DNA of 51,862 nt, the filler included, from Dirinaria sp. TL-2023a (taxonomy: Eukaryota), in NCBI GenBank assembly GCA_051941275.1. It is 3 parts of 3 records of this genome, joined end to end, with 100 filler letters (N's around TTAATTAATTAA, not from the genome) between each part and the next. Parts side by side here need not be neighbours in the genome. Positions count along the whole stretch, not along the records: positions 34,653 to 51,862 come from JAVEBF010000443.1; 2 more parts are not named here. The stretch is one strand, 5' to 3'. This document shows, piece after piece, positions 35,437 to 48,845 of this stretch. The stretch's first letter is position 1. Every line of letters starts with the position of its first letter. A program made the position numbers and the translations under genes. The notes below the pieces were generated by a model, which saw only the letters and a program-made list of their open reading frames with translations, made no database searches and had not been told where the DNA came from.

Positions 35437-37498
35437 TCATTCTCCAGACGCTCCCCTCTCCTCTTCCGGCGCATCTACACCGACGAGCTCCTTAAAGTCC
35501 ATGCCGACCTCATCCATCATCGCAGCATGCTCCTTTGCGCGGCTCACGCATTGTTTCCAGGTCGGACTGTCCCTTTGCACGCTACTGAGCTGCCTGGCTA
35601 GAATGATGTTGAACTTGTCCAGCTGCTCCTTTGCCCACTTCACACAAGCGCTCATCATCGGTTGCGGGAAACATTTCTGATAAATGCTGACCGTGTGCTT
35701 CATGAGTGTGAAGTAGACGTACGAGATCTGGAAGATGTAATGGTGGAGATCCCCTTCGAAGACGCAGAGACGAGCACGTTGAGCGATAATGTCCGTTCGA
35801 GTATTGAGATAGACCTCCCTCGCTCGATCATCGAAGTCAAGACGCACCAACCAAGCCACATTGATAGGTGTAGCCGTTGCTTGTGAATGGGTATTCACTA
35901 ACCTTTGAGCAACAGAATCTGCATGGTGTTAGCTCAGTGTTCAATTATTCATGCAGGCTAGCTTCCCTGCGAGCTTGCTCGCTCGTGCGTCAACTTTAGT
36001 AGTAATGAGTTCTCGGGCTGGGATGTTGCCTTTTAGACCCTTCGTGATTTTGCGTAGCTTTTCAACATGGCGAACTGCGTCTTCAAACCTTTGCAGAGCT
36101 ATTTCACTGTCTAGTTCATCGATCTGGCCTTCTACCCATCTGAGGTTCTGATGCTTCCCATCTACTTCAATCAAGACTTCTGGCCGATCTCGGGCCCTTA
36201 GTATCTGTGGCTCTTGTCTTACGGCTGGGTCTCTGGTAGCGAAGTGATTCATGGCGTCTTTGCTTTTACTACTAATCTCTTCTGTCTCAGCGCGCATCGT
36301 CTTTCGCAGCTCATCTGTCGCACGCCTAAATGCGAGAAGTAGATTCGCCTTCTCTTTGCTGGACGATTTGTCGCATGTGTAGGTGAATGATTCGTTACCA
36401 TGGCGAATGCTGATAGCATTAGATATATCTATTCGGTCAGCGTTCGCGGCTTTAGTGAGATCCGTCATGTCAATATCTTGTAGAGCCCAACATCTTTCAG
36501 CGATTAGTTTAGTTACTGTCTCATGTGGTGCGTTACCATTGACGGCATTTGGGTCGACCCTCCTCTTTTTCCTCGTTGCAGTCATGAGATGATCGTTAAG
36601 AAGAAATATGTGGGCAGGTCGTCTAGCTTTCCAAGTAGCAGCATCAAGCTCGACCCAGTGCGCGGTCTCGTGTATTATATGTCTACCCGGGATCGCTGGC
36701 AAGAACTTCTGCGAACCTTCAACGTTTTTCCACAGAGCGTACAATTGCGTGTTCCACATAGCCTCCAAATTTGCGACAGAGCTGCGATTGGCCTGTTTCC
36801 GCGCTCTGGTCGTACCGCTGTCGTCGGATATACGGGGCTCCGGGACAGATGAAGCTGTTGATGCTGAGCCCAGTGAAGTCGTAAGTTCCGAGATCAGGCC
36901 TCTTAGTGTCCGCATTTCTCCCTTAAGCTTCTCGGCCTCTTTACTGATAGCTACAAACTGCGTTCGGTTCTGGTATATATTCAATTGGAGGTCTGTTGAC
37001 GTTCGGTTTTTTATCTTGCGAAGGTTCGCTTGGTATTCACGGAGGTCTTGATCCGAGGCATCCGACAGTACTGTCGTAGAGTCTACCTGCACCATTAGCC
37101 CTCTCCCTGACCACTTGCTGCTTCAGCACTGACGTCTTACACTTATCGGCCTGTAGAAGCGGGTCCTTTAATGCCGCCACATCAACGGTGACTTTCTGCT
37201 TTGTGGGTGATGGGGTTCTGCTCCGGCGCTTTTGCTGGGGTACGGGAAGATTGGGCATAGGCGGCGCATCGGCATTGCTGAAGTCAGGAAGCTGATTGAA
37301 TCTTGTGGAATACCTCCTCTTCACGAGATCGGACGTCCCACCTCCACCCATCCTGGGTCTCTGGGGCGGAACCTCTTTAGCAACTTCGGGGACGCCATTG
37401 GGACGAGTGGTTTTCGGTGCTGGCTTGGATATCTGTTTTGGGCCTGGCCGCGATGTTTTCTTATGCCTCAACGAGAAGCCTTTGCTTTTGTCGTCCAT
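35437..37498 (-). CDS. EXO84: Exocyst complex component Exo84 (3 exons)
   Basis: LVKRRYSTRF, NIYQNRTQFVAISKEAEKL, KNVEGSQKFLP, PH-like HIFLLNDHL, IALQRFEDAV, C-terminal SACVKWAKEQ. Confidence 0.92.
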
Positions 37499-37833
37499 TC
37501 GGTTGCGGTGACGAAGGACTTCAACAGGCGCAGATATAGACGTAGACTTTTAGACTTGCGAAATTGCGACAACCAACTACATGTATGCGGATTGAGGCAA
37601 GAGTACGATGTACCGGAAGCACCTCCCGAGCTCCGAAACTTCCTCTATGCTTGGCATGCCAAGCCTGTTCGGCAAGTCGTAGCGTGGACTGCGCTCGAGG
37701 GCTAATGTAGGTAGAGACTAGAGCAGAGAGCTGCCAGAAAATTACCCTCGCGATCCTGAGAACCAAAGGTACGTCAAATAAAGACTCCCTGTACGGAGTA
37801 CACTGGCCGGCACAAGGAGATCAGCCTTTAACA

Positions 37834-38536
37834 ATGTCAACCCCCTCCTCATCCATCAAAGCATCTACCATCGTCTTAGCATCCGTGGGCGCTCTAGCAA
37901 CAGGTATACTCGGTATGTCAAGACATCCAGTGATCCCGTCCCGAGCACACTGCTTGGGAGAATTTGCCGACATCGCGGTCTGCCTGCGCTCATGCTGACT
38001 CCTCGAACAGCATACGCCATCTACTTTGACCACAAGCGGAGATCGGACCCAGAGTTCCGCAAAGCTCTGAAGCGAGAATCAAGGAAGCAAGAGCGGGCAG
38101 CCAAGGAAGAAGCCGAAGCACAGGGCGCGCAGCAGAAGAAAGCCATAAGAGCGGCTGTTGAAGCAGCCTGGGAAGAAGGATACCCCACAAACGTGGAAGA
38201 CAAAGAGGCATATTTCATGAACGAGGTGGGGAGGGGCGAAACTCTGTGCCAAGAAGGTATGGGTGGATTCCGTGGGGGAAAGGGCACCTTCAGGCTGTGG
38301 CGGAATAGCTGACAGATCATACTACAGGGTCAGATCACATAGAAGCGGCGTTATGCTTTTATAAAGCTCTCAAAGTATACCCGCAACCGACCGATTTGAT
38401 GGGTATCTACGACAAGACGGTGCCGAAGCCAGTCATAGATATTTTGGCGGAGATGATAGCGACAGATCCGACAATCAATGTGCCTCCGCCTGCGAGTCGA
38501 GGGCCTGGGTCGGACTCGTCGGCTGTTGATGGTTAA
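37834..38536 (+). CDS. TOM20: Mitochondrial import receptor Tom20 (3 exons)
   Basis: N-terminal TM segment, [51 protein letters not shown]. Confidence 0.93.
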
Positions 38537-39419
38537 AGCTTGTCACGGGCCGTATCCTATGTTTCCCGCCGACGGGGTTATTACAATGAAACACACTCAG
38601 CTCTCTTCAGCGCTGACCTGCGCAACCCATGTACCACACTGCGATTATTGTCTTACTCTGTATAACGCAAAGCATTGCAGGCTTTTGGGACGGGATAGTT
38701 TCCAGGCTACTCCAATGGATATTTAGACGACCCTTTTAAATCCACAGTGATACATAGGTCATAGGGTTCAAGTCATTCTTGGGCCAACATCACGTACTGT
38801 GAAAGTAGCCCGTCAATAGCTCGGCATATCCCTGCATAAGTATACATATACCAGGCTGAGAACACCGGCTTAAGCCCGCATATGTCTGCATTTCACCAAA
38901 GCACTGACCGAAGATGCCTTTCTAAATGAGACTTTATCCGCAGATACTTACTCCTTCAGTGACCTCGTATATCGGTAGGGATTAAGTTCACGTAATTGTA
39001 TCTGGATGGGTAGCTGTTTTGCTTCGGCGTCATACGTGCAGCAGTTACAATGCAATGTTCGATTAATAAAACAAGCTCCTTCGTTGTGCTAAGCTAGCCA
39101 CCTGCCGCTTGTAGGTAGCAGTACAGTTGGGAAATGTAAAAATGAGGTCAAGCGCTTTGCTGACGGTTTGCAGCAGTCGCTTCAGTACTCCACGCCTCTC
39201 CTAGCCGGTACGACCTCTCAACCGGGTAGTCATCTCGACGGATTGAATTTTGACAGCGCAACAGGCCACCTCTTGCACTCACTGCTAGCACCATAACCAG
39301 AGCCAGCTCCAACCTAAGAGAAGCCCCACGCGTGTGACGACTTTGGTAGGATAGAATAGCTAAAAAATGCTCTACTACTTCACAAAGCCAAATAAAGGCA
39401 TTTCACTGTGCGGACGACT

Positions 39420-42400
39420 CTAGGCGACATTAGTAGCTAGTCGATTCGCCCAATTGTTCGCGTTCTTGCCCCAGTTCCCTCTCCCTAGGGCATTTGGAGT
39501 GCGTGGCATTTGTACGCTCGGAGGCCCATTCGGCGTTGGCTTCTGGTTGCCAAAGTTTCCTGAAGATTCCCTTGGCTTGAGTCCTTTACCGTGCTTTGCG
39601 TTACCGGAGAAGTTTCTATGGCCACGTCCAGCCTGAGAGGTGACCGGCGCATTCGGCCGCGGTATGGTCCTGGATCTTGGAAATACCATACCAGGCAAGT
39701 TAACGAATATCGTCAAGCCAACCAGCGCTTGCTGGTCGCCTTCATCCGGACCAAGCAAGAACGGTTCTCTGCTGCACGTATCTGCCTCCTTGGCCGGTGG
39801 GCGTCTGGTTTTGTGATGCTTCCCGCTCTTCGCTTTTTGCCACTTCGTGTCTCGTGTGGGAAGAGAAACAACCGGCAATGACCCGAATTCACGCTCTTCA
39901 AATAGCGCTTCCTCATCTTCTATGACCTTCGATGCCGTGGAAAGACCTTCAGTGGCTGCTCCTTTATCTTTCGAGGGAAGAGAGACAGCAGCGGAAGCAG
40001 GTAGGGCGGGTGACTCCAACGGTACTTTCGTCTCTGAAAACCCGGCAAAGTCTGCAAATTTCTTTTCCGGCGATGTCGAGGCCTTGCTCTTAATCCCAAG
40101 CAACCCATCGAATCTGTCTTGCCATGAAGGGTTGTTCACCAGTGGCTGGGAAACTGCGCGTAGAGGGGCGGCAGGTAGTTGAGCCATCATCGGAGTCGAC
40201 GGCGCTGTTGACATGGAGGGCGGCAATTTCACAGTCGGCTTTGGTTTGGTGATAGGTAGATTCACTAATGGGTGCGGTTGGCTGCGCGCGTATGCAGGAT
40301 GCTGTACCGAGTCTGGTGGTGGAGGGGACGGCGACCGACTGTATTCCATACTATAGCTCACAGCCCGCTGCTGACCAAGAAAGCCCTGACCAGCAGTGGG
40401 GAAAAAGCGAGAACCACGTCCAGCACCGGTAGCAGGCCCCATGGGACTTTGGCTGGTAAAAGGTGGAAGCCGCAGATCACCATTGATGTTAGGACCTGGT
40501 TTGGACTCTTGAGGATGTTGGCCTTTATTAACACCGACGACTCTCCGCTGATCTTCATCGACCTTCACTTGTCGCCAAGTCTCGTTCAGGACAGGTAGCT
40601 GAGGTTCGTACCGCATACCTGTTCGAGCTTCTTCTGCCAATCTAAGGGCATGTTGCTGGGCAGCTTGCTGTTTTTTCTCAGCTTCCTCTTTGGCCGATGT
40701 AGCCTGAAAGTTGCTCCAAGCAGATAGGCTAGACCGTTGAGAGTCTTGTCCTTGAGCTAAGCGGTCAGGGCTGATATGTGGCCTGGCCTGCACACCTGGG
40801 CTAGGCTGAGAGGATACTATCGCTTGCTCGGCGCCTATTGATCTGCCGCCAATTTCGCCAACTCTAGATAGTCCTGGTGGAGTTTCTCCCAATGGGAAAG
40901 AGGGCATAGTCTGGAAATCTTCGATGACAGGACCTTGGTTTACGAACGGCGTGGGACCTGTATCAGGCGACTCGCGAGGCTTCTGCGCGTTCCGTGGCGG
41001 GCCTATGGGTTGGGGCGTGGTTTGCACGTGGTGTTCTTGATAGGGCGCCTGTCTCGAAGAGGGTCTTTGTATGTTTCGGTCAAACGTGCCATTTCCAAGA
41101 GCCTTGTGATTTGCAGGAGGGCCCCATAAATTAGCAGTAGGAGAATGGGTAGTCATTGCTCCTGAACTCCAACCTGATGCGTATTGATCAGTGTCTCTCT
41201 GCACATTGTTCCATGGCTGTTGCCTTTGGGGTCTGTAAAGATGCTGACTGCGAGTGTTTGGAGAACCGGGCGCTGAAGGTCCGCGACGATTCTTAGTAAA
41301 ATCACCATCAGCCATTGGGGAAGGTAAACGCTCTTCTGGACGTGGAATAGAGTCAACTTTGGGCGGCGAAATCCTTTGGTTCGATGCTGAAAGAGTCGAT
41401 GTTTCTTCGCTGAGACGTTCACTGGGACGTTCGTTGGGACGTTCACTGACCGAGCTAATGCCGTTCGCCAACGCTGGACCATGAACCTTCATCATACCAT
41501 ATTGCCTAGGAGCTCCTGAGGAGTCGGGCATAGGAGGCTTCGGTGGAGATTGGGGTTCTGCAGCAGGAACAGGATCCTGCGGCAAGGCTGGTGGTGCGAG
41601 ATTGTTTTGCTCAATTGCCCTTTTCACAACTTGCTTAACCTCACTTTCCTTCTTCGCAGGTCCCTTTTGATCCTGCTCCTTGATCTCAAGTTGCTCCAAC
41701 TTGATTCTGATGCGCTCTCTCTTAGCGGCCTCCTCTCTTGCTTCCTCTTCCTTCTTTCGCTTTATGGCTAGCTCCCGCTTCTCCTTCATAACCTGTTGCT
41801 GAGCTCTCACTTGCTGGGCGTTAGTCTCAGGAATGTTCTGAGCGATGGGAGCACCGTCTGCAGGTTGTGAATGACCCGCTTGGGGAGATACCACGGCTGT
41901 ACCAAGATCGTTTACTTGCTGAGAATTTCTAGGCCCAAGCGAGGAGGAAATTTGTGCCACTTGAGATGAAGTAACGCCGTTAGCAGGTCTAGCATACATC
42001 ACACCTGGGGTTCCAGGCGACTCTAGAGGCTGTGACTCGTTTGTTTCTCTACTGAGCGATATTCGACGGCCATGTGGCCCGCTTCCTCCGCTCACTGTAG
42101 ACGACGCACGTCGATCCCATGAGGCGCCATCTTGCTGAGATCCGGATCGCTGTGTTTGGAACGATGCGGAAGGTTCTGCAGGTCCCTGCTGGTCTTGTTG
42201 CGAAGGTCGCTGAAGCACTTCCGGGCGTCTGAAGTTCTGGCTACTTCTCATAGATCCTCGTCGGGCCGTAACAGGTTCATAACGTCCAGATTGAGAATTG
42301 TAGAGCTGGCCTTGAGAGGCGCCCTGGATGTCACGAGGGGTTCGAGTAAAGGAATCAGCGGCGATCTCCATAGCTGGTGATGGTACCGGAGGTTGAGTAG

Positions 42401-43481
42401 GCTCAACACCGATGGGCTCAGCTTGCTGGGGTCGAGATCCTGGTGTCTGCGCTGGAGGATTAATTGCTACTGGAGGCACTTTGTCGACTGGCGGTAAAGA
42501 CGCCCAAGGCGATTTTACAGCTGCTGGAGGAGTAGGCTTTGCAACTAAGGTTGGCTTCTCCGCGTATGTCTTGAGTGTGATACCACCTTGCTTGGGCTGG
42601 GCGTTGGCCCCAACTTTTAGAACCTTAGCATTGGGGCCTACACTGGTTGTAGGCTTTGGTGGCGCCATCTTCGCCTTCCTCTCCTCCTCTTGCTTCGCCT
42701 GCTCTGCTGCAGCGGCAGCTTGTTGTTCTGCAAGCGCTGCAGCTGGATCATTGTGAGAGAGGGAGATCTTGGTCCCATCGGTCCACTCAATCGTATCCGG
42801 CGCCCAATCGTCCTCGTCGTCGTCGATATCGGCCCACTTAGCCTCCTTACCGTCGGCATCTGCCTGCAGCCTCGTGGCCAGGTGTATTCCGTAGCGCTGT
42901 TTGAGTTCCTCATCGGTGAGCTGTTTAGGTGGCGCTTGCGGAGCAGCTACAGTAAATTTCAGCGCACATGTCGAACCGTGACTTCATGCGGTCCTTACCC
43001 CTGTTCTTGTTCCACACCTGCATCGGGTCGGGTCCTGAGCCTCCATTTTTATGTCCTGGACCTGAAGCCTTTGGCGCCGATGCTTGGTGACCACTTGCGG
43101 TTTTTGCGACAAGGCGTGGGCGAGGAGCTAGAGGGGTGGTAGCGGTCGCTGTGGCCGACATACCTATACATTTTAGCTGTTGATGCACGTGTGTATACAC
43201 CTTCGACTACCTTTATCTCCGTTGACCTTTGCATTAGAAGTTGACGGCGTGCCAGCTTTCGCTAAGAAGTTCTTGGTTACCGAGACTGCCTTGAATGCAG
43301 TGGGTTTCTTGACAGAGTTTGAGCGGGCATGATGTGGAGCGTCTGGCGTATCTTTACTAATATCAACAGCGGTGGAGGTTTTGGCGCTTTCGATATCAGG
43401 TCCAGCGATGTCGTCTCCTAGAGGAAGCTCGGCCGATGTCTCGGCTGTTTCGGGCTCGTGATCATTTTCGATAGATGACAT
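39420..43481 (-). CDS. Large Pro/Gln/Ser-rich conserved-looking hypothetical protein (PRRC2/BAT2-like architecture), 3 exons
   Basis: Long open frame (>1080 codons plus two upstream exons). Motif islands: FKAVSVTKNFL, YGIHLATRL, KWADIDDDEDDWAPDTIEWTDG, and coiled coil EKRELAIKRKKEEEAREEAAKRERIRIKLEQLE. Confidence 0.8.
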
Positions 43482-43801
43482 ACGTAGAGCAGATGATAAT
43501 GCTGAGCAGTGCGTATAAGTATGAGCTTCAAAGGGTACCAAGTAATGGTCCTTGCTCGCTTTCGGGGGTGGTTATGTCGTATGACTCGTAGCGGTCTTTG
43601 AGGAGGTCCGTTATTGCGAGACGATGATGGGGTTCCCAATCCGGCTTAGCGTGAGCTCAAGGGTCAGCCAATAGAGGCGAGCCGACCAAGACTAGCGGCC
43701 TCGCAGCGTGCCCGAGGGCCCTTCTAGAAGTACGAGTACCTATTTGTGTTCAAGGAGGTGAATAGTAAGGTAAGATGCCTTATGAAGCGCCTAGGTAAGA
43801 C

Positions 43802-43835
43802 AGGGCACCTTATGCAGGAGGGCACCTTATGCAGG
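43802..43835 (+). repeat. Perfect 17-bp tandem duplication AGGGCACCTTATGCAGG x2
   Basis: Seen directly, with a degenerate third copy (GATGCCTTATGAAG) just upstream. Confidence 0.85.
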
Positions 43836-44074
43836 ATGGCTGGATTGTGTTTTAGGGTTCGATATTGTCATCAAAATCAAATAAAACACTGTCAGCCTCC
43901 AGTGCAAGCGCGAATTACGGTACTAGACTAAGGTACTGTCACTACACGTTCATCGTTCACCTCAGGGCCTCCAGCATCTGCATTACTTGGTAGATGAAGC
44001 ATATCACATCCATGTGATCTCTGCATGGAACATCGCTTCTGAGGCTGATCAAAGCATGAGATAGTGATTGTTTT

Positions 44075-45496
44075 TCAAACAGGTAACACGAAATCCTTCG
44101 AGGTCCATTTCTCTGTGATCTTCCTCCGTGCCTTCTTTGGTTGGTGGATTGGCCTCCGGCTCTCGACTTTCCCTCTCAACAGGATGTTGCGGTACCGATC
44201 GTTTAGTAAATTGCCCTCAGGCTTAAGCAGGCGTAAAGAGTCTTGAAGTTCATCTGGTAGCACGAGCTCCAAGGAGCGGTCTGGGACCCTGCAAGCGAAT
44301 GAGCAATTCAAAGCCTCGCGAATCAATGATTTAGACTCACGCGCTCACTCCGAGCTTCCTTCGCCTCAATCCTGCATCTTCATCTACTTCCAGAGGCTCA
44401 TGCTCAGCGCCGCTAATGGCGACAGCCCTGGCATTCGTCTCTGTGTCAATGCCCCGTGCAATTTCTTTGATCTTGTGCTCTTGCTGCGCTCTTTTCTTCG
44501 TTTCTACCTCTATCTTCTGCTGTCTGGCTGCTTCTTTGCGCCGTTTCATTTTATTTCTTTCGGCTGGGGTTTTTCTTTGTGGGCGGCGCTTGTCCAACCA
44601 GTCGGATCTTTCGAACTCGCTTTCAAACCCTTCCCACGCGCTCTCTTCTTCGGTTTGAAGGTCCTCCTTCGCAGTCTGGGCTGCAGCGATTCGGTCTAGC
44701 TTGAGTTGCTCTTCTTCTGCCTCTTTGATTCTCTTCCGTTCAGCTTCAATCTCCTTGTTCCCTTCTTCAACGAGAAGCTGATCCCAGCTCTCAAACACTG
44801 GATTATAGCTTCTGCCTGCGTGAGGTTTGGGTACAGCTGGATAGCTAATCGACCCTTCAATCAGTGAGATTGGCGCCTCCTTAAGGGTTCGAGGCGCCCT
44901 GACTGGCTTGGACTTTTCCAAGTAGTCGAACATGGAGTCTTGCACCAACTCATCGCCATTGCAAACCCATAGGTCATAGTCCGGTGCGCCGCCTGCCATG
45001 ACCATTTCTTTTTGTACCGCTGCGCCACCAAATGCAATGTTTCGCAACCGCTCGTACTCCTTACGACTGACTCCATCGTGCTTCGTTCTCTTGCTACGGG
45101 GCTCTATCACACCATCGGTAGTTCCAGACCGTTTCCGACTGTCTATCGCTGGAACAGCAGAACGACTGGCAAGTATCTCATCCGCTGTAAGAGGTCTATG
45201 GGCTTTGTTGTACGATTTTTGGATGTTTTCCGAGCCAGCTGTATCAACAGCGAAGAGCTCGTTCGATGGTTTTTCAGAGATGACGCCACTAGGGATTTCG
45301 ATACCAGTATTAGTGAGGGTTGTAAGATGCAGAAAACAAGCTGATATGGCTCTGCTTACCCTTGTATAATTTCTTCTCGGACGTTATCAAGCCCGATTTG
45401 TATATCTGACACATCGACGTGCTTTCTCCAAGCCTTCTTTCCCTTCCTAGATGTCTGCTTATACTGATGAGGAGCCTCGATCGAGGATGTCATCAT
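44075..45496 (-). CDS. NOP53: 60S ribosome biogenesis protein Nop53/GLTSCR2 (3 exons)
   Basis: KQTSRKGKKAWRK, arch-interacting-motif-like LFAVDTAG, GRSYNPVF, RKTPAERNK, LPDELQDSLRLLKPEGNLLNDRY, TEKW. Confidence 0.93.
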
Positions 45497-45816
45497 GTAA
45501 ACCAGTGCGATTCGAGATCGTCTAAGCAAGTATCCCTCAAAATGGAGGATTTTATGTCCTGAGATTGAATGTGCGAAAGCTTGGTATAACGTAAATGGCA
45601 AGGAATCCGCTTACCTAATGTAGGTAGATCCGAGGATCGCGCTAGGCGGACTTAGCCGAATCGCCGGCTTCAGAAAGATCCAAAAGTCCCTGTGCCTGCA
45701 AACTGTTGTAGGTCTGATTTTCGAACAAGAAAATTAACCTATATTTCCACAAACTCTTCGCTTCTTGACCGTCATTCCTTCATATCAAAACACTCGAGTA
45801 CAGTAATACCTTTGTA

Positions 45817-46676
<860 letters not shown>

Positions 46677-47230
46677 GAGCATCGATTCTTGGCTGAAAGC
46701 AGGAAATGATTGTATAGGGATGGCAGAGATACCAGCTTCGTTAGCATTTTGGGGGTTAATGTAGAACAGGTGTACATATTGCAGGTCAGCATGCTAGCAG
46801 GGCGTTCATGGTGCTGCAGAACTCGGTCTTCAAGGGTACATTCCGACTCAAGCTTGAATTTAAAGCTCATCAGACATTTTTGAGCACGCAATATTCTGGC
46901 GAATGAGCGCAGGTAGATGCAACGAAGGGTGTAGCGGCTGATAGATCAGTCATTTGCAATTGTTTAAATTCTACAAAGTCTCTAAAAGCTGTGATGCTAT
47001 CATGTCATGTAATGTTGACATACTCCTGCTCTAACAACTCTAACTAATGCGACTTGAATATAAGTAGGCAGGCAGAGAACGTGCCTAAGCAGTATGCTGA
47101 ATGCTGAGTCATGGTTTATACAAAAGGGAAAACGTCCAGCGGCAGCTCCAGCTCGCGCACCAGTTCCAACCTCATATTAGATGGCGGATGCTACACTATC
47201 CAAAAGACGATTCTTTGAAGGACCGAGGTC

Positions 47231-48274
47231 CTACCTCCCATCCGGCTCTTGTACCCTCAGATACTGCCCGGCCTGCAATTGGGGCATGGGCGGCGGCGGC
47301 CCAGTCCCACTTCTTCTCCTCCTCTCTCTCTCTACTACTCCAGGAGCCTCGGTCTCATTCCTCCTTTTTAGCCGTTCCTGTCCGATGGCCATCCATTCAT
47401 GGTCCTCGCCGTCCTCGCCCCCTAGCCAGTAACTCTTCCCAATGCTGACCATAACACGTCCTAGTTTCCCTTTCCAGCCTTTGCCATCATTCAAGTGAGG
47501 ACTGAACGGATTGGCTGGGTTCGTTTGAGACTTGCTTCCGGTCTGCAGCACAGAATTGTGGCGAGAAAGGACTACAATGTGCTGCCGGAGCACATACCGT
47601 GCATAGCTCAAGACGACAAGTACAAAATAGATTCGTATCGCCCACAAAGCGTAGATGACCACGAGGGAACTGATACTCCCGGATTGGAGCACGCCATGCC
47701 CAAGACTTGGCCCAGTACCGGTACTCGCCATCTCACCAGACTTTGCAACAGTGACAGCTTCTTGGCCTGAGCCAGTAATGCCACCGTTCGGTTGCGGCGA
47801 CACATCCACGTGGCTAATATTATCGTATGTCGGATTTGTGAACCCTGCTGTGTCGCCCACTGTCGATCCACCAGGCCCTGGCGCTTCACCTCCCTTGTTA
47901 TCGCTCAAATGCTGACTCACGAGTAGGAACCAAGTAACTCCAAAAACAGCCGTGTACGCAGCATTAATAATAGAGTCGATCATGTATACCCAAGCGAGAG
48001 CGACGCAATGGAAGGCGCTTTGAGAGCGGATATGAGGGGCCAAGTAGGCGATAACGCAGAGAACGATGAGGCTATAGATGTACATGCTAAGTTGGAAAGG
48101 CGAGAGGTAGAAGCCAGTGAGCAGCGCAAGGAGGCCATAAAAGCCGGAGATCTTGTTGAGCAGCAGTGAAAGTGTAATGAGTTCGGTGCCAGTGCGAAGA
48201 GACATTAGGTAGAGGAAAGTATGAGGTCGAGGAAGACGGAGTAGGGACGAGAGTGCCATATCGAAGGCCTTCAT
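47231..48274 (-). CDS. KEI1: Inositolphosphorylceramide synthase subunit Kei1 (DUF1753)
   Basis: Single 347-aa ORF: FLYLMSLRTGTELI, LLNKISGFYGLLA, QLSMYIYS, DSIINAAYT, IRIYFVLVVLSYAR. Confidence 0.88.
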   Translation of the reverse strand: MKAFDMALSSLLRLPRPHTFLYLMSLRTGTELITLSLLLNKISGFYGLLALLTGFYLSPFQLSMYIYSLIVLCVIAYLAPHIRSQSAFHCVALAWVYMIDSIINAAYTAVFGVTWFLLVSQHLSDNKGGEAPGPGGSTVGDTAGFTNPTYDNISHVDVSPQPNGGITGSGQEAVTVAKSGEMASTGTGPSLGHGVLQSGSISSLVVIYALWAIRIYFVLVVLSYARYVLRQHIVVLSRHNSVLQTGSKSQTNPANPFSPHLNDGKGWKGKLGRVMVSIGKSYWLGGEDGEDHEWMAIGQERLKRRNETEAPGVVERERRRRSGTGPPPPMPQLQAGQYLRVQEPDGR

Positions 48275-48845
48275 GTGGTACAGTGCTGTATATGAGATTG
48301 TGAACTTCCCAATCGCAACAATGATGGTCAGATTTTTAGAGGCTGAGGCTTACCTCTTCCCTTAAGGTAAGGTAAAGTAATCTCTGAATGGTGAGGTTTC
48401 TCTTAGGGTTGAGACTTAGTGCTTCCCTCGGAATACTGGCCGGTGTTCCGAAAAATTGAAAGCCAAGACTACCATTACATAGGCATTATGCAGTCCTTAT
48501 GTAACCAAGCGCTCAGTAAGCAATTACCACATCCTCAAACAAACACTAATAAACTAGCATTGCACCGTTCATCCACTTCCAAGAGACGCCATGGGAGGCC
48601 TGAATGCTTCTACGAATCATGGGAACCATAATGATGCTCAAAGTTTCGCCCTTCAAGACAAAAGGTTTATTATTAAGCTCACAAGCTTAATGGACCTGGC
48701 ATAAGGCAATCATGACTGTAGTTTCTAACCTTTACGCGAAGCGTCATTGTATCAGGCTAGCTTGAAGCCACCATGGAACGCCTCCAAAGATATAAAGGCA
48801 GCGACATCCGATGTCACCAATCTCCAAACCTCAGAGAACGCAAAC

